Origin: an uncultured Bacteroidota bacterium
Lineage (GTDB): Bacteria; Bacteroidota; Bacteroidia; Flavobacteriales_F; PHOS-HE28
Assembly (NCBI GenBank): GCA_902826215.1
Contig: CADEDY010000016.1
Span: 3,109 to 67,108, forward strand
Length of the DNA stretch: 64,000 nucleotides
Direction: 5' to 3'
Part shown: piece after piece, positions 19,458-30,606 of the stretch
Position numbering within the stretch: position 1 is the stretch's first letter
Layout of the letters: each line of letters starts with the position of its first letter
Translations under genes and position numbers: made by a program
Notes under the pieces: generated by a model
The model's database searches: none
What the model saw: only the letters and a program-made list of their open reading frames with translations
Told to the model about the DNA's origin: nothing

Positions 19458-21632
19458 TCAAGGGTTGATGATATGAACGACCGATCGGAAGGTGCTGCCC
19501 GAAGTGGACATGGCCTCCACGATGTAGGTGCCACTGGCGAGTCCTGCGGTGTCCACCCAAATTCGCTCGTTCGGGACGGAGACGACCCTCACCACCCTTC
19601 CATGCAGGTCTCGGAGACCGAGCTGTGCGGTCCTTTGCCCGGAAAGTGACACATGGAAGCCAGTTGTGGTGGGGTTGGGGCTGATGAGCATCGCTTCGGA
19701 CGAATGCGTGCCCACCCCCGTACTGAATTCGGCTACCAGCACGCTCGGTTCCGTGATCACCGGCGGGTTATAGTCGAAGTAGATGTTGGCGATGTTCTCG
19801 ATCACGGTGCCTGGAAGGAGCGGCAGCTTGGGCCGCATCCGGAACTTCACGAGGCCATGACTGCCCAGTTCGTTGCTGGCGCTGTCAGGAAGTTGGATAT
19901 CGTCAAAGCGCCACTCGATAACACGGCCGTGTTTGAAAGAAACGCTGAAGGGATGGGATGCCGCACCTTGCTCGAAGGAGAGCATATCCAACTCAGGAGC
20001 GATGGTGTCCGTGATCACCACGAACTCCGCTGGGAAGGTGCCGGTGTTCTGGAAACGGATCGTGTAATCGATCCATTGGTCCTGGTCGATGAAGTAGAGA
20101 TCCTCGCTGGCTCTGGTACTCGTTACTGCGCGCTTGTCGTTGGGGTCGTAACTGCCCACCACGATGTTCTGTTCATCGGCCGTGTTGTTCAGTAGGGTCG
20201 ATTCGGCGAGCGGGTTGGAAAGCCCAGCGGTCGTGTACAAGACAAGTCCCAACGGGGTTCCCACAGGCACTTGAACGTCGATCAAAAGGGTCTGGATCGC
20301 GAAACTCTCCAAGGCCGACAGGTCCCAAATGAGTGTCTGACCGGCAACGGAGGTCGGTGCCACACTCGCAGCGAGGAAGGTCAAGGTCGGGTCCAATTGC
20401 ACGGTGAGTTCCAACGGCCCGCTTATCTGCGGCGAGAGGTTGCGGGCGTATACGGCGTAGGATGTTTGGAACCCAGGTCTGAATACACCGCTGGCGAGAT
20501 CGACGGAAAGGTCCAATGGCACCGTTGACCCATTGGCCAGGTCGATCGTTTGTTGATCGCCAGACACCGTGAACGGGACAGGTTGCACAGCAGGGCAGAT
20601 CGGGGCCAAGGTGGGGTCGGTCTGTTCCAAGGTGTAAGAACCATCCGCCACTCCGAAGAGGAAATGACCGGTTCCATCCGTGATGGCGATCTCGCTACCA
20701 GGTTCGATCAGTAGCGTGCTATAGGGCACGCCGACCTCATTCGGACCATGCACACAATCTCCATCCATATCGAACCAACTGGTACCGCTCACACTACCGC
20801 AGAAAGGGCTGAGGTCAGGGACGTTCACCCATAGGGTATCGTAGGTGCATAGGCCCGGATCCGCCGCCTCGCCCGTATGTCCCAACCACCAATGCACGCC
20901 ATAGTAGCCGGGTTCCAGTCCGGTGAAGAGGACATTGCCGTCCAGATCAGGCTGTTCGGCCTGGAACTGGTCCACGCCGTCGCTGCGTATCAAATGGATC
21001 CATGTTGAGAAGGCCGGTGGGGGGCCAGTGGAGTGAACGGTGATAGCCCCATCGGCCACAAGGTCGCAGGCCGGTCCAACATCCGCAATGGAGAGGGCCG
21101 GCCAATTCCCTGCGTAACTGACCCCAAAGGTGGTGATGGTACCCGCACAACCATCGCCATCGCTTACCGTGTACACTTCACCAGAGCTTGCTCCGGTGGT
21201 GAAAACATAACGATTAGAAGCGTCGGGAAGGAGCATGGCGGGCAACCCATCCACATACCATGGAGCGTGAGGCTCACCGTCGAACAGGGGATCATCGAGG
21301 ATATTGGTGGGGCCTGTGCAGAACGCATAGCCTCCGCCGCCTTGCAACTGGTAGGGCTGTGCCAGGATCGTTACGCTCTCCATCACCTCTTCGGCCAGCG
21401 CGTCGACCACGGTCACCGAATAGGTACCCGCAGGAACATCCAGGATCCCGGTGCCCGTCGCCCCGTTGGACCATTGGTAGGTATACGGCGGTGCGCCCCC
21501 GGAAGCGATGGCGAAGGCTGATCCGGTAGCGTACGTGCAGACGGCATCGGTATGTTGTATCGTCACCGTAAGGACCGCGGTCGCTGCCATGGGCGAAGCA
21601 ACGATCAAGAGGGCTAACAGCTGGCGTGTCAT
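19458..21632 (-). CDS. T9SS type-A sorting-domain protein with N-terminal SprB repeat (array paralog 5)
   Basis: Same architecture, 724 aa. SprB repeat CTYATGSAFAIASGGAPPYTYQWSNG. CTD ISPNPTTTGFHVSL... Confidence 0.85.
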   Translation of the reverse strand: MTRQLLALLIVASPMAATAVLTVTIQHTDAVCTYATGSAFAIASGGAPPYTYQWSNGATGTGILDVPAGTYSVTVVDALAEEVMESVTILAQPYQLQGGGGYAFCTGPTNILDDPLFDGEPHAPWYVDGLPAMLLPDASNRYVFTTGASSGEVYTVSDGDGCAGTITTFGVSYAGNWPALSIADVGPACDLVADGAITVHSTGPPPAFSTWIHLIRSDGVDQFQAEQPDLDGNVLFTGLEPGYYGVHWWLGHTGEAADPGLCTYDTLWVNVPDLSPFCGSVSGTSWFDMDGDCVHGPNEVGVPYSTLLIEPGSEIAITDGTGHFLFGVADGSYTLEQTDPTLAPICPAVQPVPFTVSGDQQTIDLANGSTVPLDLSVDLASGVFRPGFQTSYAVYARNLSPQISGPLELTVQLDPTLTFLAASVAPTSVAGQTLIWDLSALESFAIQTLLIDVQVPVGTPLGLVLYTTAGLSNPLAESTLLNNTADEQNIVVGSYDPNDKRAVTSTRASEDLYFIDQDQWIDYTIRFQNTGTFPAEFVVITDTIAPELDMLSFEQGAASHPFSVSFKHGRVIEWRFDDIQLPDSASNELGSHGLVKFRMRPKLPLLPGTVIENIANIYFDYNPPVITEPSVLVAEFSTGVGTHSSEAMLISPNPTTTGFHVSLSGQRTAQLGLRDLHGRVVRVVSVPNERIWVDTAGLASGTYIVEAMSTSGSTFRSVVHIINP

Positions 21633-23884
21633 TCTTGGATGATGAAGCGTTGGCGGGACTCGGTACCTTCCGTGTATCGTACCACAAGGAGATAGGCTCC
21701 TGGTTGTAGACCGGACACATCCAGACTTGAAAAGGCTGTCCGGGTGTAGGGGATGTCGACCTCACGACCATCGCTGGCGACCACGCGCAAGCTGGAGATC
21801 GATGAAGTCGCTGTGATGTTCAGCCGATCTTTCGCGGGGACAGGCCAGACCTGAAAAGTATTCACCGGATATCCTGCCACCCCCGTACTGAACTCCGCCA
21901 CCAGCGCGCTCGGTTCGGTGATCACGGGTGAGTTGAAGTCGAAGTAGATGGCCGCCGTGTTCTCCAAGGCATCGCCGGGCAAAAGGCCCACTCGTGGTTT
22001 CAAGCGGAAGGCCACGAAGCCCTGGCTGCCGAGCAGATCGGTGGTGCTATCGGGAAGCAGTATGTCGGAGAAGGTGAACACCAGTTCGCGGGCGCCGCCG
22101 AAGGAAGGTGTGTAAGGATGTGAAGCGCCGAGGATCTCCAGGCTTTCAATGTCCAGGTCCGCTTCCAGTTCATCGCGGATGACCACCGTGAACGCAGTGT
22201 CCGTGCCGGTGTTCTGGAACCGGACGAGGTAATCCACCCACTGGTCCTGGTCCAGGAAGAACTGCGTGCTGCTGCCACTGACGTTGGCGATACCCTGCTT
22301 GTCGTTGGGGTCGTAGCTGGATACGATGGCATGGGTGATGGCATACGTGTTGTTCGTCGTGTTCGGCTCTGCGGTGCTGCTGGCCACAGTCGCTGTTGCG
22401 GTATGCAGAGTTCCCAGCAAGCCCGGGTCCGGCGGCACTTGCAGATCCACATTCAACCACCTTTGCTCAAATGGCCCAAGCACTGGAATGCTCCATTCCA
22501 CCTGACCTGGCACGCTGGTGTTGGCACCCGATGAAGCGCTGATGAGCGGGAAGAGCGGATCGTATGCCAAGGAAACGCTGACGTTTTCGCTGGGGTGCCC
22601 GGTACTGTTGATCACTCGAACGGAATAGCGGAATGGAAAGCCTACCCGCGAGGTGCCTGAATAGAGGTACGCGCGCATGTCGAAGGGTGTCAGGAGCGAA
22701 TCGGCGAGGTCCAGGACCACGTTGGTTCCGCTGCTCACGGTGATGGGGACCGGTGCGGTTCCCGGACAGAGTTGAACAGCATCCGTGTTGAGCTGCTCCA
22801 GGTCATAGCCGCCGTATGGCAGCGCGATGGAATAGGTACCATCGCTCGCAGTAATGCCGTAAAGCGGCCCCGGGGTCACACGCATCAACTGGTTGGGCAT
22901 ACCCACCTCAAGACCATCCTGAACGCAATCTTCGTCCGTTTCGAAGTGCAGTGTACCACTCACGGTGGCGCAGGCCGTGCCCAGATCCGGAACGGTCACA
23001 GGCACTTCGTAAATGCAAGGTGATTGACCAGAACCCACCGATTCGATCGTGGTGAACCGCAAGGTCCAATCGCCAGGATGCAGGTTGAAGAACTGGAGAT
23101 CGTCGGTGCCCATGCTGTACAAGATGTTCGGCGATGGCACGACGACAGCTCCCTGGTCGTCCACGGCCCGCAGGATCCAGGAGTCCTCGCTCATAGGAGG
23201 ATCGGTCACAATGGTGACCTGTCCCGAGATGGTACCATCGTCCGCACTGCTGCAACTGCCCGTCACTTCATCCAAGGTCACAACGGGTTCATACAAAGTG
23301 GGTATCGTTATGCTTGTACTTCCGGACCCACATCCATTGATCACAGACAACTCGATCGTTTGCCCGGCGCAGGCACCTAGGATCTCGTAGCGGTGGTAGT
23401 AGCTCAGGTTATCCGGCTCATCGTTATCAACCTCCACGACCGAGAGCGTCGGGGTGGTGCTAATGCTATAGCCACCTGCCTGCTGGAACAGGTACAAGCG
23501 GAAACCGCCATTGCATTCGCCTGTGCAAGGGGCCAGACCCCCGTAACCGATATCAGCAAGCAGCATGGCTCCTGTTCCCGGTGCTCCACCCACATAGACC
23601 TCGCCGGTCGCACTGTTCTGTGAGCCAGTGTCGTCAGTGACGGTCACCGTATAGAAACCGGGGGCAAGGTTAAAGATCTCCGGGTCGGTGATCCCGCCGC
23701 CCCAGTCGTAGGTATAGGGTGCGACCCCACCAGTGGCAGAGGCAAAAATGGCGCCGTCATCCCCATTGCACGAAGTCGCATAAACGTCGAGAAGGACTTG
23801 GAACGCCGATGCCTCCATCGCCACCACCGAGAGGGCGATGGACAAGGCCGTGGTGCGCATAGCGCTCGTGGGAGGCAGCTTCAT
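21629..23884 (-). CDS. T9SS type-A sorting-domain protein with N-terminal SprB repeat (array paralog 6)
   Basis: Same architecture, 751 aa. ATGA overlap with paralog 5. Confidence 0.85.
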   Translation of the reverse strand: MKLPPTSAMRTTALSIALSVVAMEASAFQVLLDVYATSCNGDDGAIFASATGGVAPYTYDWGGGITDPEIFNLAPGFYTVTVTDDTGSQNSATGEVYVGGAPGTGAMLLADIGYGGLAPCTGECNGGFRLYLFQQAGGYSISTTPTLSVVEVDNDEPDNLSYYHRYEILGACAGQTIELSVINGCGSGSTSITIPTLYEPVVTLDEVTGSCSSADDGTISGQVTIVTDPPMSEDSWILRAVDDQGAVVVPSPNILYSMGTDDLQFFNLHPGDWTLRFTTIESVGSGQSPCIYEVPVTVPDLGTACATVSGTLHFETDEDCVQDGLEVGMPNQLMRVTPGPLYGITASDGTYSIALPYGGYDLEQLNTDAVQLCPGTAPVPITVSSGTNVVLDLADSLLTPFDMRAYLYSGTSRVGFPFRYSVRVINSTGHPSENVSVSLAYDPLFPLISASSGANTSVPGQVEWSIPVLGPFEQRWLNVDLQVPPDPGLLGTLHTATATVASSTAEPNTTNNTYAITHAIVSSYDPNDKQGIANVSGSSTQFFLDQDQWVDYLVRFQNTGTDTAFTVVIRDELEADLDIESLEILGASHPYTPSFGGARELVFTFSDILLPDSTTDLLGSQGFVAFRLKPRVGLLPGDALENTAAIYFDFNSPVITEPSALVAEFSTGVAGYPVNTFQVWPVPAKDRLNITATSSISSLRVVASDGREVDIPYTRTAFSSLDVSGLQPGAYLLVVRYTEGTESRQRFIIQE

Positions 23885-26136
23885 CGTGTCGTGTGGTTGA
23901 GCATGGAGTGGTGAAGCGTCCCATCCGTGAAGGTCGCTTGCAGCAGGTAACTCCCTGCGGCCAGGGATGCGATATCGAGCTTGGTCGTTCTTCCGCTCAC
24001 CGGTGTGCGCAGTACTTCTCGTCCATGGAGGTCAAGAAGCCTAAGGTGTTTGATCATGCCTTGGATCGATCTCACCTCCACATCATCAAAAGCCGGGTTG
24101 GGGAATACGAGCAACGGTTGCTGCTCCAGCGCTCGCACCCCCGTACTGAACTCCGCCACCAGCACGCTCGGCTCGGTGATCACCGGTGGGTTGAAGTCGA
24201 AGTAGATGGCCGCCTCGTTGCTGATCTCCGTTCCAGGAAGCAGGCTGCTCACCGGGCGTATGCGGAAAGTGATCACCCCATGGCTGGCCGCCTCGTTCGT
24301 TCCGCTATCCGGTAACAGAATATTGTCGAAATGCCACTCCACCTTGCGACCGGGCATCAAGTTCAAGGTGAAGGGATGTGAACCCGGACCTTGCTCGAAA
24401 GTGCCCATATCCAGTTCCGCCGGAAGCACGTCACGCACGACCACGGTGAACGCGGTGTCCGTGCCTGTATTCTGGAAACGGATCGTGTAGTCGATCCATT
24501 CGTCCGTGTCCAATAAGTAGAGGCTTTCACTTGATCGGCTGCTGGTGAGTGCAGTCTTGTCATTGGGGTCATAGCTGCCCGTTATGGTGCCCCAACTAAC
24601 AGCGGTGTTGTTGGCAAGATCGATCTCTGCGATCGGTTGCGAGATAGAGAACGAATGCGAGAACGGTTGCCCGATCAGGAGCACATCAGCAGGTACTTGC
24701 ACTTGAATGTGCAAGTTGGTCCGTCCGAAATCCGGAACAGCAGGAAGCCCGATCCATGAGACCACGTTACCAGTCACACTCGTTGGCGTAGGTGTGGCAT
24801 CGATGTAACTCATTTGCGGGTCGAAGGTCAACGTGGCATCCATGAGGCCAGCGGCCATGCCCGACGGCTTCTCCACGAGGGCCCATAAGTTCTGGACGAA
24901 TCCCGGGCGTGCAGCGTTGGAGTAGAGTTCCGCTTCAAGGTCCAACGGGATCAAACTGCTATCCGCCACGTTCACCATCTGGTTCACGCCACTGACGGTC
25001 ACCGGTATTGGTTGCACCGGCGGACAAACCGGGTAAAGATCGGATCCTGTTCCCGACACGTTCATGGTGTAACTGCCATTCGCCAGGTAGCACCCATAGG
25101 TCCCGCTGGGGTTGGCCACGGCGTAGTACGGGCCAGGCAGGAACTCGATCAGCCGGAAGCCAAGGCCGGAATCACCGGGATCCTGTGCGCAATCCTGATC
25201 GTGGTCCAGAAATAGGGATCCGCTCACGAGCGCGCATTGACCGAGCAGATCCGGCACTTCCACGTACATGGAATCCACGCAGAAGAGCGGATACAGGGGA
25301 TCGTTCGGTTCGGTGCCGAGCTGGTCCGGATCGGTGATGACCCAATACGCACCAGCAGCAAGGTTGGGGAAGGTGAATGTCGAGTTGTTCGATACCAGTC
25401 GGCTCCCATATGTTCCAGCAAGATTTGGAGGGATCTGTCCATCCAGCGTGCGCACATTCACGCGGAAAGCCTGGTTGGCGTCAGCCCCACTAACAGCCAT
25501 GTTGATGCGGCCGTTGCTACCACCGCAGGCACCTTGTACACTCACGATCGAAACATTCGGTTCCACCCATTCCGTGGAGAACTGAAGCGTGGTAGAACCA
25601 GGGCACCCAGCAGCATCGGTCCAGTTGATCGTGTTGTATGTACCCGGTGTTACATCCATCCACACACCGATGTAGCTATATAGGAAAGCGTTGAAATGAT
25701 CACTGAAATTCCCGAAGAGGATCGCCGGAGATGTTACGTTGTGCGGCTCCGGTCCATTGTGCGGATCCTCCAAGTGCAAGTAGGTGTATGGATAATCGCC
25801 CGGACAATGGACCAAGCCACCGAAACCTGGGACATTTACCTCTTGGTGCGAAGTCGTGACCAGTATCTCACCACTTCCCGTTGCCATATCGCCGATGCCA
25901 TCAGTGACGGTCACGGTATACATTCCTGCAGAAAGGAATTCGATGTACTCCGTGGTGGCGCCATTGCTCCATTGAATGGTATACGGCGGCGTCCCACCCA
26001 TCACCACGGCGTTCAACGTCCCCAGCGCTTGTCCGCAAGCCGCATCGGAATATTTCTCGACGACCACTGTAACGGCTGCACATTCCGTGGCTAGGAATAA
26101 GGACATCAGAGCGGTAAGGGCAGTTGCACGGATCAT
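23881..26136 (-). CDS. T9SS type-A sorting-domain protein with N-terminal SprB repeat (array paralog 7)
   Basis: Same architecture, 751 aa. ATGA overlap with paralog 6. Confidence 0.85.
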   Translation of the reverse strand: MIRATALTALMSLFLATECAAVTVVVEKYSDAACGQALGTLNAVVMGGTPPYTIQWSNGATTEYIEFLSAGMYTVTVTDGIGDMATGSGEILVTTSHQEVNVPGFGGLVHCPGDYPYTYLHLEDPHNGPEPHNVTSPAILFGNFSDHFNAFLYSYIGVWMDVTPGTYNTINWTDAAGCPGSTTLQFSTEWVEPNVSIVSVQGACGGSNGRINMAVSGADANQAFRVNVRTLDGQIPPNLAGTYGSRLVSNNSTFTFPNLAAGAYWVITDPDQLGTEPNDPLYPLFCVDSMYVEVPDLLGQCALVSGSLFLDHDQDCAQDPGDSGLGFRLIEFLPGPYYAVANPSGTYGCYLANGSYTMNVSGTGSDLYPVCPPVQPIPVTVSGVNQMVNVADSSLIPLDLEAELYSNAARPGFVQNLWALVEKPSGMAAGLMDATLTFDPQMSYIDATPTPTSVTGNVVSWIGLPAVPDFGRTNLHIQVQVPADVLLIGQPFSHSFSISQPIAEIDLANNTAVSWGTITGSYDPNDKTALTSSRSSESLYLLDTDEWIDYTIRFQNTGTDTAFTVVVRDVLPAELDMGTFEQGPGSHPFTLNLMPGRKVEWHFDNILLPDSGTNEAASHGVITFRIRPVSSLLPGTEISNEAAIYFDFNPPVITEPSVLVAEFSTGVRALEQQPLLVFPNPAFDDVEVRSIQGMIKHLRLLDLHGREVLRTPVSGRTTKLDIASLAAGSYLLQATFTDGTLHHSMLNHTTR

Positions 26137-28355
26137 GGGTGAGTGGTTTTGACGAAGGTGGTGGTAAGCGTTCGATCGGTGGATAGGAGGCGCAACAAAT
26201 AGGTTCCAGAAGCCAACGAACTGATGTCAACGGTCGGGTGGTCGGCGCTCACGTTCCCGGTGGACACCATGCGCCCATCCAAAGCAAGAATGACCCACTG
26301 CGAATTCGCCAAGACGCCCTTCTTGAAAATTCGGATGTGATCGCTAGCCGGGTTCGGGACCAAACTCAATTGGCTTTGGTCCTGCTGTTGCATCCCCGTA
26401 CTGAACTCCGCCACCAGCACGCTCGGATCGGTGATCACAGGGTCATTGAAGTCGAAGTAGATGTTGGCGGTATTCTCGATCACCGTGCCTGCAAGCAATG
26501 GCTGCACAGGCTTGATCCTGAACTTCACGAAGCCCTGACTTCCGGCAAGGTCCGTCGTGCTGTCCGGAAGGTTGATGGCATCGAACAACCACTCCACCAC
26601 GCGACCGGGTTTGAAGGTGTAGGTGTGTGCATGCGAAGCCAAGGCCATCTGGAACGTTGTCATGTCCAGTTCCTCTGGCAACGTGTCGGTAACGGTGACG
26701 AAGAAGGCCTCGGCCGTTCCGGTGTTCTGGAAGCGGATGGTGTAGTCGATCCACTCGTCCTCGTCGATGTAGTACAGAACATCGCTCTGCTGCGAGCTGG
26801 TCGTTGCGGTCTTGTCGTTGGGGTCGTAGCTGCCCGATACCACTCTTGTCTCGCTATCCGTGTTGTTCGCCAGGTAGGTGTCGGTGTTCGCGCTGGAAAC
26901 ACTGATGCTGTGGCTGAGCATGGTGCCCAGCGGCGTGCCGACTGGCACAGTGGTATAGATGACGAAGCCTTGCGAGCTGAAGTAGTCCAATTCAGCGATC
27001 TGCCAGGTGAACACGTTTCCGGTGATCGTAGTTGGTGTTGGCGAAACACTCCCGATGACTACTGTTGGGTCGATGGTGACGATCACCTCCACGGCTCCCG
27101 TGGCCTGCACCGTGTTGTTGGCCGCACCGCCAGAGATCCTGTGCGAGAAACCCGGCCGTGCCCATGTGGAGTTGATGTTCGCGCGCAGATCGAGCGATGC
27201 TGTGCTGTTGTTGGCGAAGTCAATGTTGGCGATGGGCCCGTTCACCGTGAAGGGCACCGGTTGCGTGACCGGGCAATAGGGAACGAGCGTTGGGTTGGTC
27301 TGTGCAATGGTGTAATTGCCCGCTGCCAGATTGAAACTGAAGTGCCCATTGCCTCCCGATATCGCGTACTGCGTTCCGGGCTGGATCACCATCACGCTTC
27401 CCGGCACGCCCATCTCGCCACCATCCCACACGCAGTCGCCGTCCTGATCGAACCACGCATTGCCTTCAACCTGCGTGCAGCCGGGGCCGAGATCGGGCAC
27501 TTCGAAGTTGTCATTGAACATGCACTGGCCGAGCATGGGATAGGCGTTCAGCGTGTAGATCCCCGCCGCCAATCCATCGTAGGTCGCGGTTGAGAACTCG
27601 AACAAAGTCGTATCCGGCACTACGATGTTCCCGATGCCATCGGTGACGGAGTACCTTACCGGATAGCCCGTTTGCAACGAAACGCTCCCGATCTCCGAGC
27701 CGACGCATGCACCTTCCATATCGGTTACAGTAGGCATCTGGGTTTCGTCGATCGTCGATACGGTGAAAATGCTGGAACCCTGGCAGCCCAGCGCATCCGT
27801 GATGGTATAGGTCACGAGATCGCCGCCACAGAAACCGGAGTAGTAAGGGAAGCCATAAGTATCCAAGCCCTCATAGTTCGCAGCCACACTGAAATCAACA
27901 GTGAACGGTGGCGTGCCGCCCAAGGAGACCATGGGCATGCCGACCATGCCATTGCATAGGCCGCCACATGCGCCGCCAGCGAATCCGGTGATGTCGTAGA
28001 ACGAAACGTAGCTCGGATAGTAATTGATGTTCCCATCAAAGGGCAAGGCGCTGAAGCTCTCCACGGTCGCGTTCGCGCTGTATGGGGTGCCCACCGCATC
28101 AGTGATCGTAACGGAGTAGCTGCCTCCCGGCACACCGGTCACCGTCTCCGTGGTGGCACCATTGCTCCACAAATAGGTGTATGGCGGGACGGACCCGCTT
28201 CCACTGATGTACGCGTACATCTCACCGTTGGAATTGCCGCAGGTCTCGGGCTTCCCCACATTGATGTATGCCGTGGCAGCATTCGAGACGAACGCGAAGC
28301 AGATAGCGGCCATGGCGGCGGCGCTTCGGGTCCGTTGCAAGTTCATGATCCTCAT
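26133..28355 (-). CDS. T9SS type-A sorting-domain protein with N-terminal SprB repeat (array paralog 8)
   Basis: Same architecture, 740 aa. ATGA overlap with paralog 7. Confidence 0.85.
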   Translation of the reverse strand: MRIMNLQRTRSAAAMAAICFAFVSNAATAYINVGKPETCGNSNGEMYAYISGSGSVPPYTYLWSNGATTETVTGVPGGSYSVTITDAVGTPYSANATVESFSALPFDGNINYYPSYVSFYDITGFAGGACGGLCNGMVGMPMVSLGGTPPFTVDFSVAANYEGLDTYGFPYYSGFCGGDLVTYTITDALGCQGSSIFTVSTIDETQMPTVTDMEGACVGSEIGSVSLQTGYPVRYSVTDGIGNIVVPDTTLFEFSTATYDGLAAGIYTLNAYPMLGQCMFNDNFEVPDLGPGCTQVEGNAWFDQDGDCVWDGGEMGVPGSVMVIQPGTQYAISGGNGHFSFNLAAGNYTIAQTNPTLVPYCPVTQPVPFTVNGPIANIDFANNSTASLDLRANINSTWARPGFSHRISGGAANNTVQATGAVEVIVTIDPTVVIGSVSPTPTTITGNVFTWQIAELDYFSSQGFVIYTTVPVGTPLGTMLSHSISVSSANTDTYLANNTDSETRVVSGSYDPNDKTATTSSQQSDVLYYIDEDEWIDYTIRFQNTGTAEAFFVTVTDTLPEELDMTTFQMALASHAHTYTFKPGRVVEWLFDAINLPDSTTDLAGSQGFVKFRIKPVQPLLAGTVIENTANIYFDFNDPVITDPSVLVAEFSTGMQQQDQSQLSLVPNPASDHIRIFKKGVLANSQWVILALDGRMVSTGNVSADHPTVDISSLASGTYLLRLLSTDRTLTTTFVKTTHP

Positions 28356-30598
28356 TGTTTGATGAAGCGCTCGCGCGCCGTGTTTCCATTCTCCAGTTCA
28401 GCGATGAGCAGGTAGGCCCCGCTCTTCAAACCGTTCAGGTCGATGCGTAGTTGTGTTGATCGAGTGCTCATGCGCATCACCTCACGGCCATCGGCGGCCA
28501 GGATCCACACGTTCGACATTGCATCGCCACTGGTCATGATCAACTCATCGCTCGCAGGCACCGGTGCCAAGGAGATCGCACTGCTCCGCTGCTGTGCCAC
28601 CCCCGTACTGAACTCCGCCACCAGCACGCTCGGCGTTGTGATCACAGGCGGATTGAAGTCGAAGTAGATGTTGGCGACATTCTCGATCACGGTGCCGGGC
28701 GCGATCGGCTGGTGCGGCTTGATCCGGAATTGCACCAGTCCGTGCGACGCGGCCTCGTTCACATTACTGTCCGGCAACTGGATGTTGTTGAAGATGTAGC
28801 GCAGGACACCTTGCCCGCCCATTTGGGTGATACAGCTATGCGAGCGTGGACCTAGCTCGAAGGTCGCGGGATCCAATGACGGGGGAAGCGTGTCGGTGAT
28901 CACCACGTTGAAGGCCGTGTCCGTTCCCGTGTTCTGGAAGCGGATGGTGTAGTCGATCCACTCGTCCTCATCGATGAAGTATAGTGCGTCGCTCAACTGA
29001 CTGCTGGTGGTGGCCAGCTTGTCGTTGGGGTCGTAACTGCCGGTCACGGTGCGCAAATGCACCGCGCTGTTGTTGGTCAGGTTCGTTTCGGGCTGCGCGA
29101 TGCTCGCCGTGGCGCTGTGCATGAGTTCGTTGCCGATCAAGGCCGGGTTGGACGGCACCAGCAGGTTCACGTTGATGTGCCGATTGCCGAATGAGGTGAG
29201 CTGCGCGAGCGTCCAGGTGAGGGTGTTGCCGTTCACCACGGGCGTCGGGCTGGCACTGGTGAAAGTGAGCGTCGGATCGAAGGTGCAGGACACGGTGAGC
29301 GTGCCGGTTCCGCCGAGCGTCTCATGATGAACGTGCAAGACCAGCTGATGATTGAAGCCAGGGCGTGCCGGACCTGAACCGATGAACAGCTCAATGTCAC
29401 GCGGCACCAATACCGTATCGCCCATGTTCTGCGTCACGGATTGCCCGTTGCTTCCAAGGTTGAATGGGATCGGCCCGCCGATGCAATGCTCATCGAGCAC
29501 GGCTGAAGCTTGCTCGACCGTGTAGGACCCGGTGGGCAGGTTGACCTGGTAGTATCCATTGGCGCCGGACATGGCCGTGTAGCCGCCCGGTTCGATCAGC
29601 ATCACCTCGTTCGGCACGCGCGTCTCGAGGCCGGCCATGATGCAATCCTGGTTATCGTCCATATGGACCGTGCCCTTCAGCGTGCCACAGGGTCCCGGCA
29701 TCTCAGGCACGGTGAACCACACGGTGTCCGTGCAGAAATCCTCAGATACAAAGAAGTACCCTTCAAGCCATTCATACGCGGAGTCCTCGAATCTCGGCGA
29801 CGATACCAGCGCGTATCCGCCCGGTGCGAGGTCCTGCCGGAGGATGGTGTGCGGGATCTGGCCGAACATCTGGCCGACCGTGGACTGAGTCTGGAGATCA
29901 CCTGCGTCCGCACCATCGCGAATGAGCCGCAACAGGTAGGGATCATCGTTGGGTGATCCGTCCACTTGGACCAAGGCGCTCCCGTTGTACCCGGCAGCAC
30001 ACGCCTCATCCACCATCAGCACTTGCCGTTGAGGGTGCGCAGGCGGCTGCGGCACCTGCCCGTAGATCGTTCCCGGACAACCATTGGCATCGGTGAAAGC
30101 GATGGAGAGCGAGGTGCCAGCAGGAGGCCAGATATCGAAGTTGCCCACATATAAGGCGGAGTAGCCATTCGGACCATTGATCACATCGGAGACATAATTC
30201 CCCGATAGGGTCAATGGAGGAACTCCCGTATTGTAAATGCCAGCCTGTCCGAGCATCCGGAATGGAGGGCCGAGCATTTGGTCAGGGCAGCCCACCATTC
30301 CGTCCACATACGCTTCGAGGGGAAAGGGCGAGAGCGTGAAATCAGCAGTGGCCTGTTCCAGATTGGCGTCGGTCACTGTGACACTGTAGGTGCCCGCTAC
30401 CAGATCGTTCAGCCAAGAGTCCGTTGAGCCCGTGCTCCAGGAACAGGTGTACGGCTCCGTCCCGCCTTGTGGCTGCGCGTAGATCGACCCGGTCGGGTAG
30501 GTGCAGAATGCCGGTATGTACATCTGTATGCTCACCGTGACGGAAAGCGCGGGTGAACTGATCAGCGCGCAGAAGACGAATGCGTTGAGGTGTTTCAT
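28352..30598 (-). CDS. T9SS type-A sorting-domain protein with N-terminal SprB repeat (array paralog 9)
   Basis: Same architecture, 748 aa. ATGA overlap with paralog 8. Confidence 0.85.
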   Translation of the reverse strand: MKHLNAFVFCALISSPALSVTVSIQMYIPAFCTYPTGSIYAQPQGGTEPYTCSWSTGSTDSWLNDLVAGTYSVTVTDANLEQATADFTLSPFPLEAYVDGMVGCPDQMLGPPFRMLGQAGIYNTGVPPLTLSGNYVSDVINGPNGYSALYVGNFDIWPPAGTSLSIAFTDANGCPGTIYGQVPQPPAHPQRQVLMVDEACAAGYNGSALVQVDGSPNDDPYLLRLIRDGADAGDLQTQSTVGQMFGQIPHTILRQDLAPGGYALVSSPRFEDSAYEWLEGYFFVSEDFCTDTVWFTVPEMPGPCGTLKGTVHMDDNQDCIMAGLETRVPNEVMLIEPGGYTAMSGANGYYQVNLPTGSYTVEQASAVLDEHCIGGPIPFNLGSNGQSVTQNMGDTVLVPRDIELFIGSGPARPGFNHQLVLHVHHETLGGTGTLTVSCTFDPTLTFTSASPTPVVNGNTLTWTLAQLTSFGNRHINVNLLVPSNPALIGNELMHSATASIAQPETNLTNNSAVHLRTVTGSYDPNDKLATTSSQLSDALYFIDEDEWIDYTIRFQNTGTDTAFNVVITDTLPPSLDPATFELGPRSHSCITQMGGQGVLRYIFNNIQLPDSNVNEAASHGLVQFRIKPHQPIAPGTVIENVANIYFDFNPPVITTPSVLVAEFSTGVAQQRSSAISLAPVPASDELIMTSGDAMSNVWILAADGREVMRMSTRSTQLRIDLNGLKSGAYLLIAELENGNTARERFIKQ

Positions 30599-30606
30599 GG
30601 CGGCGG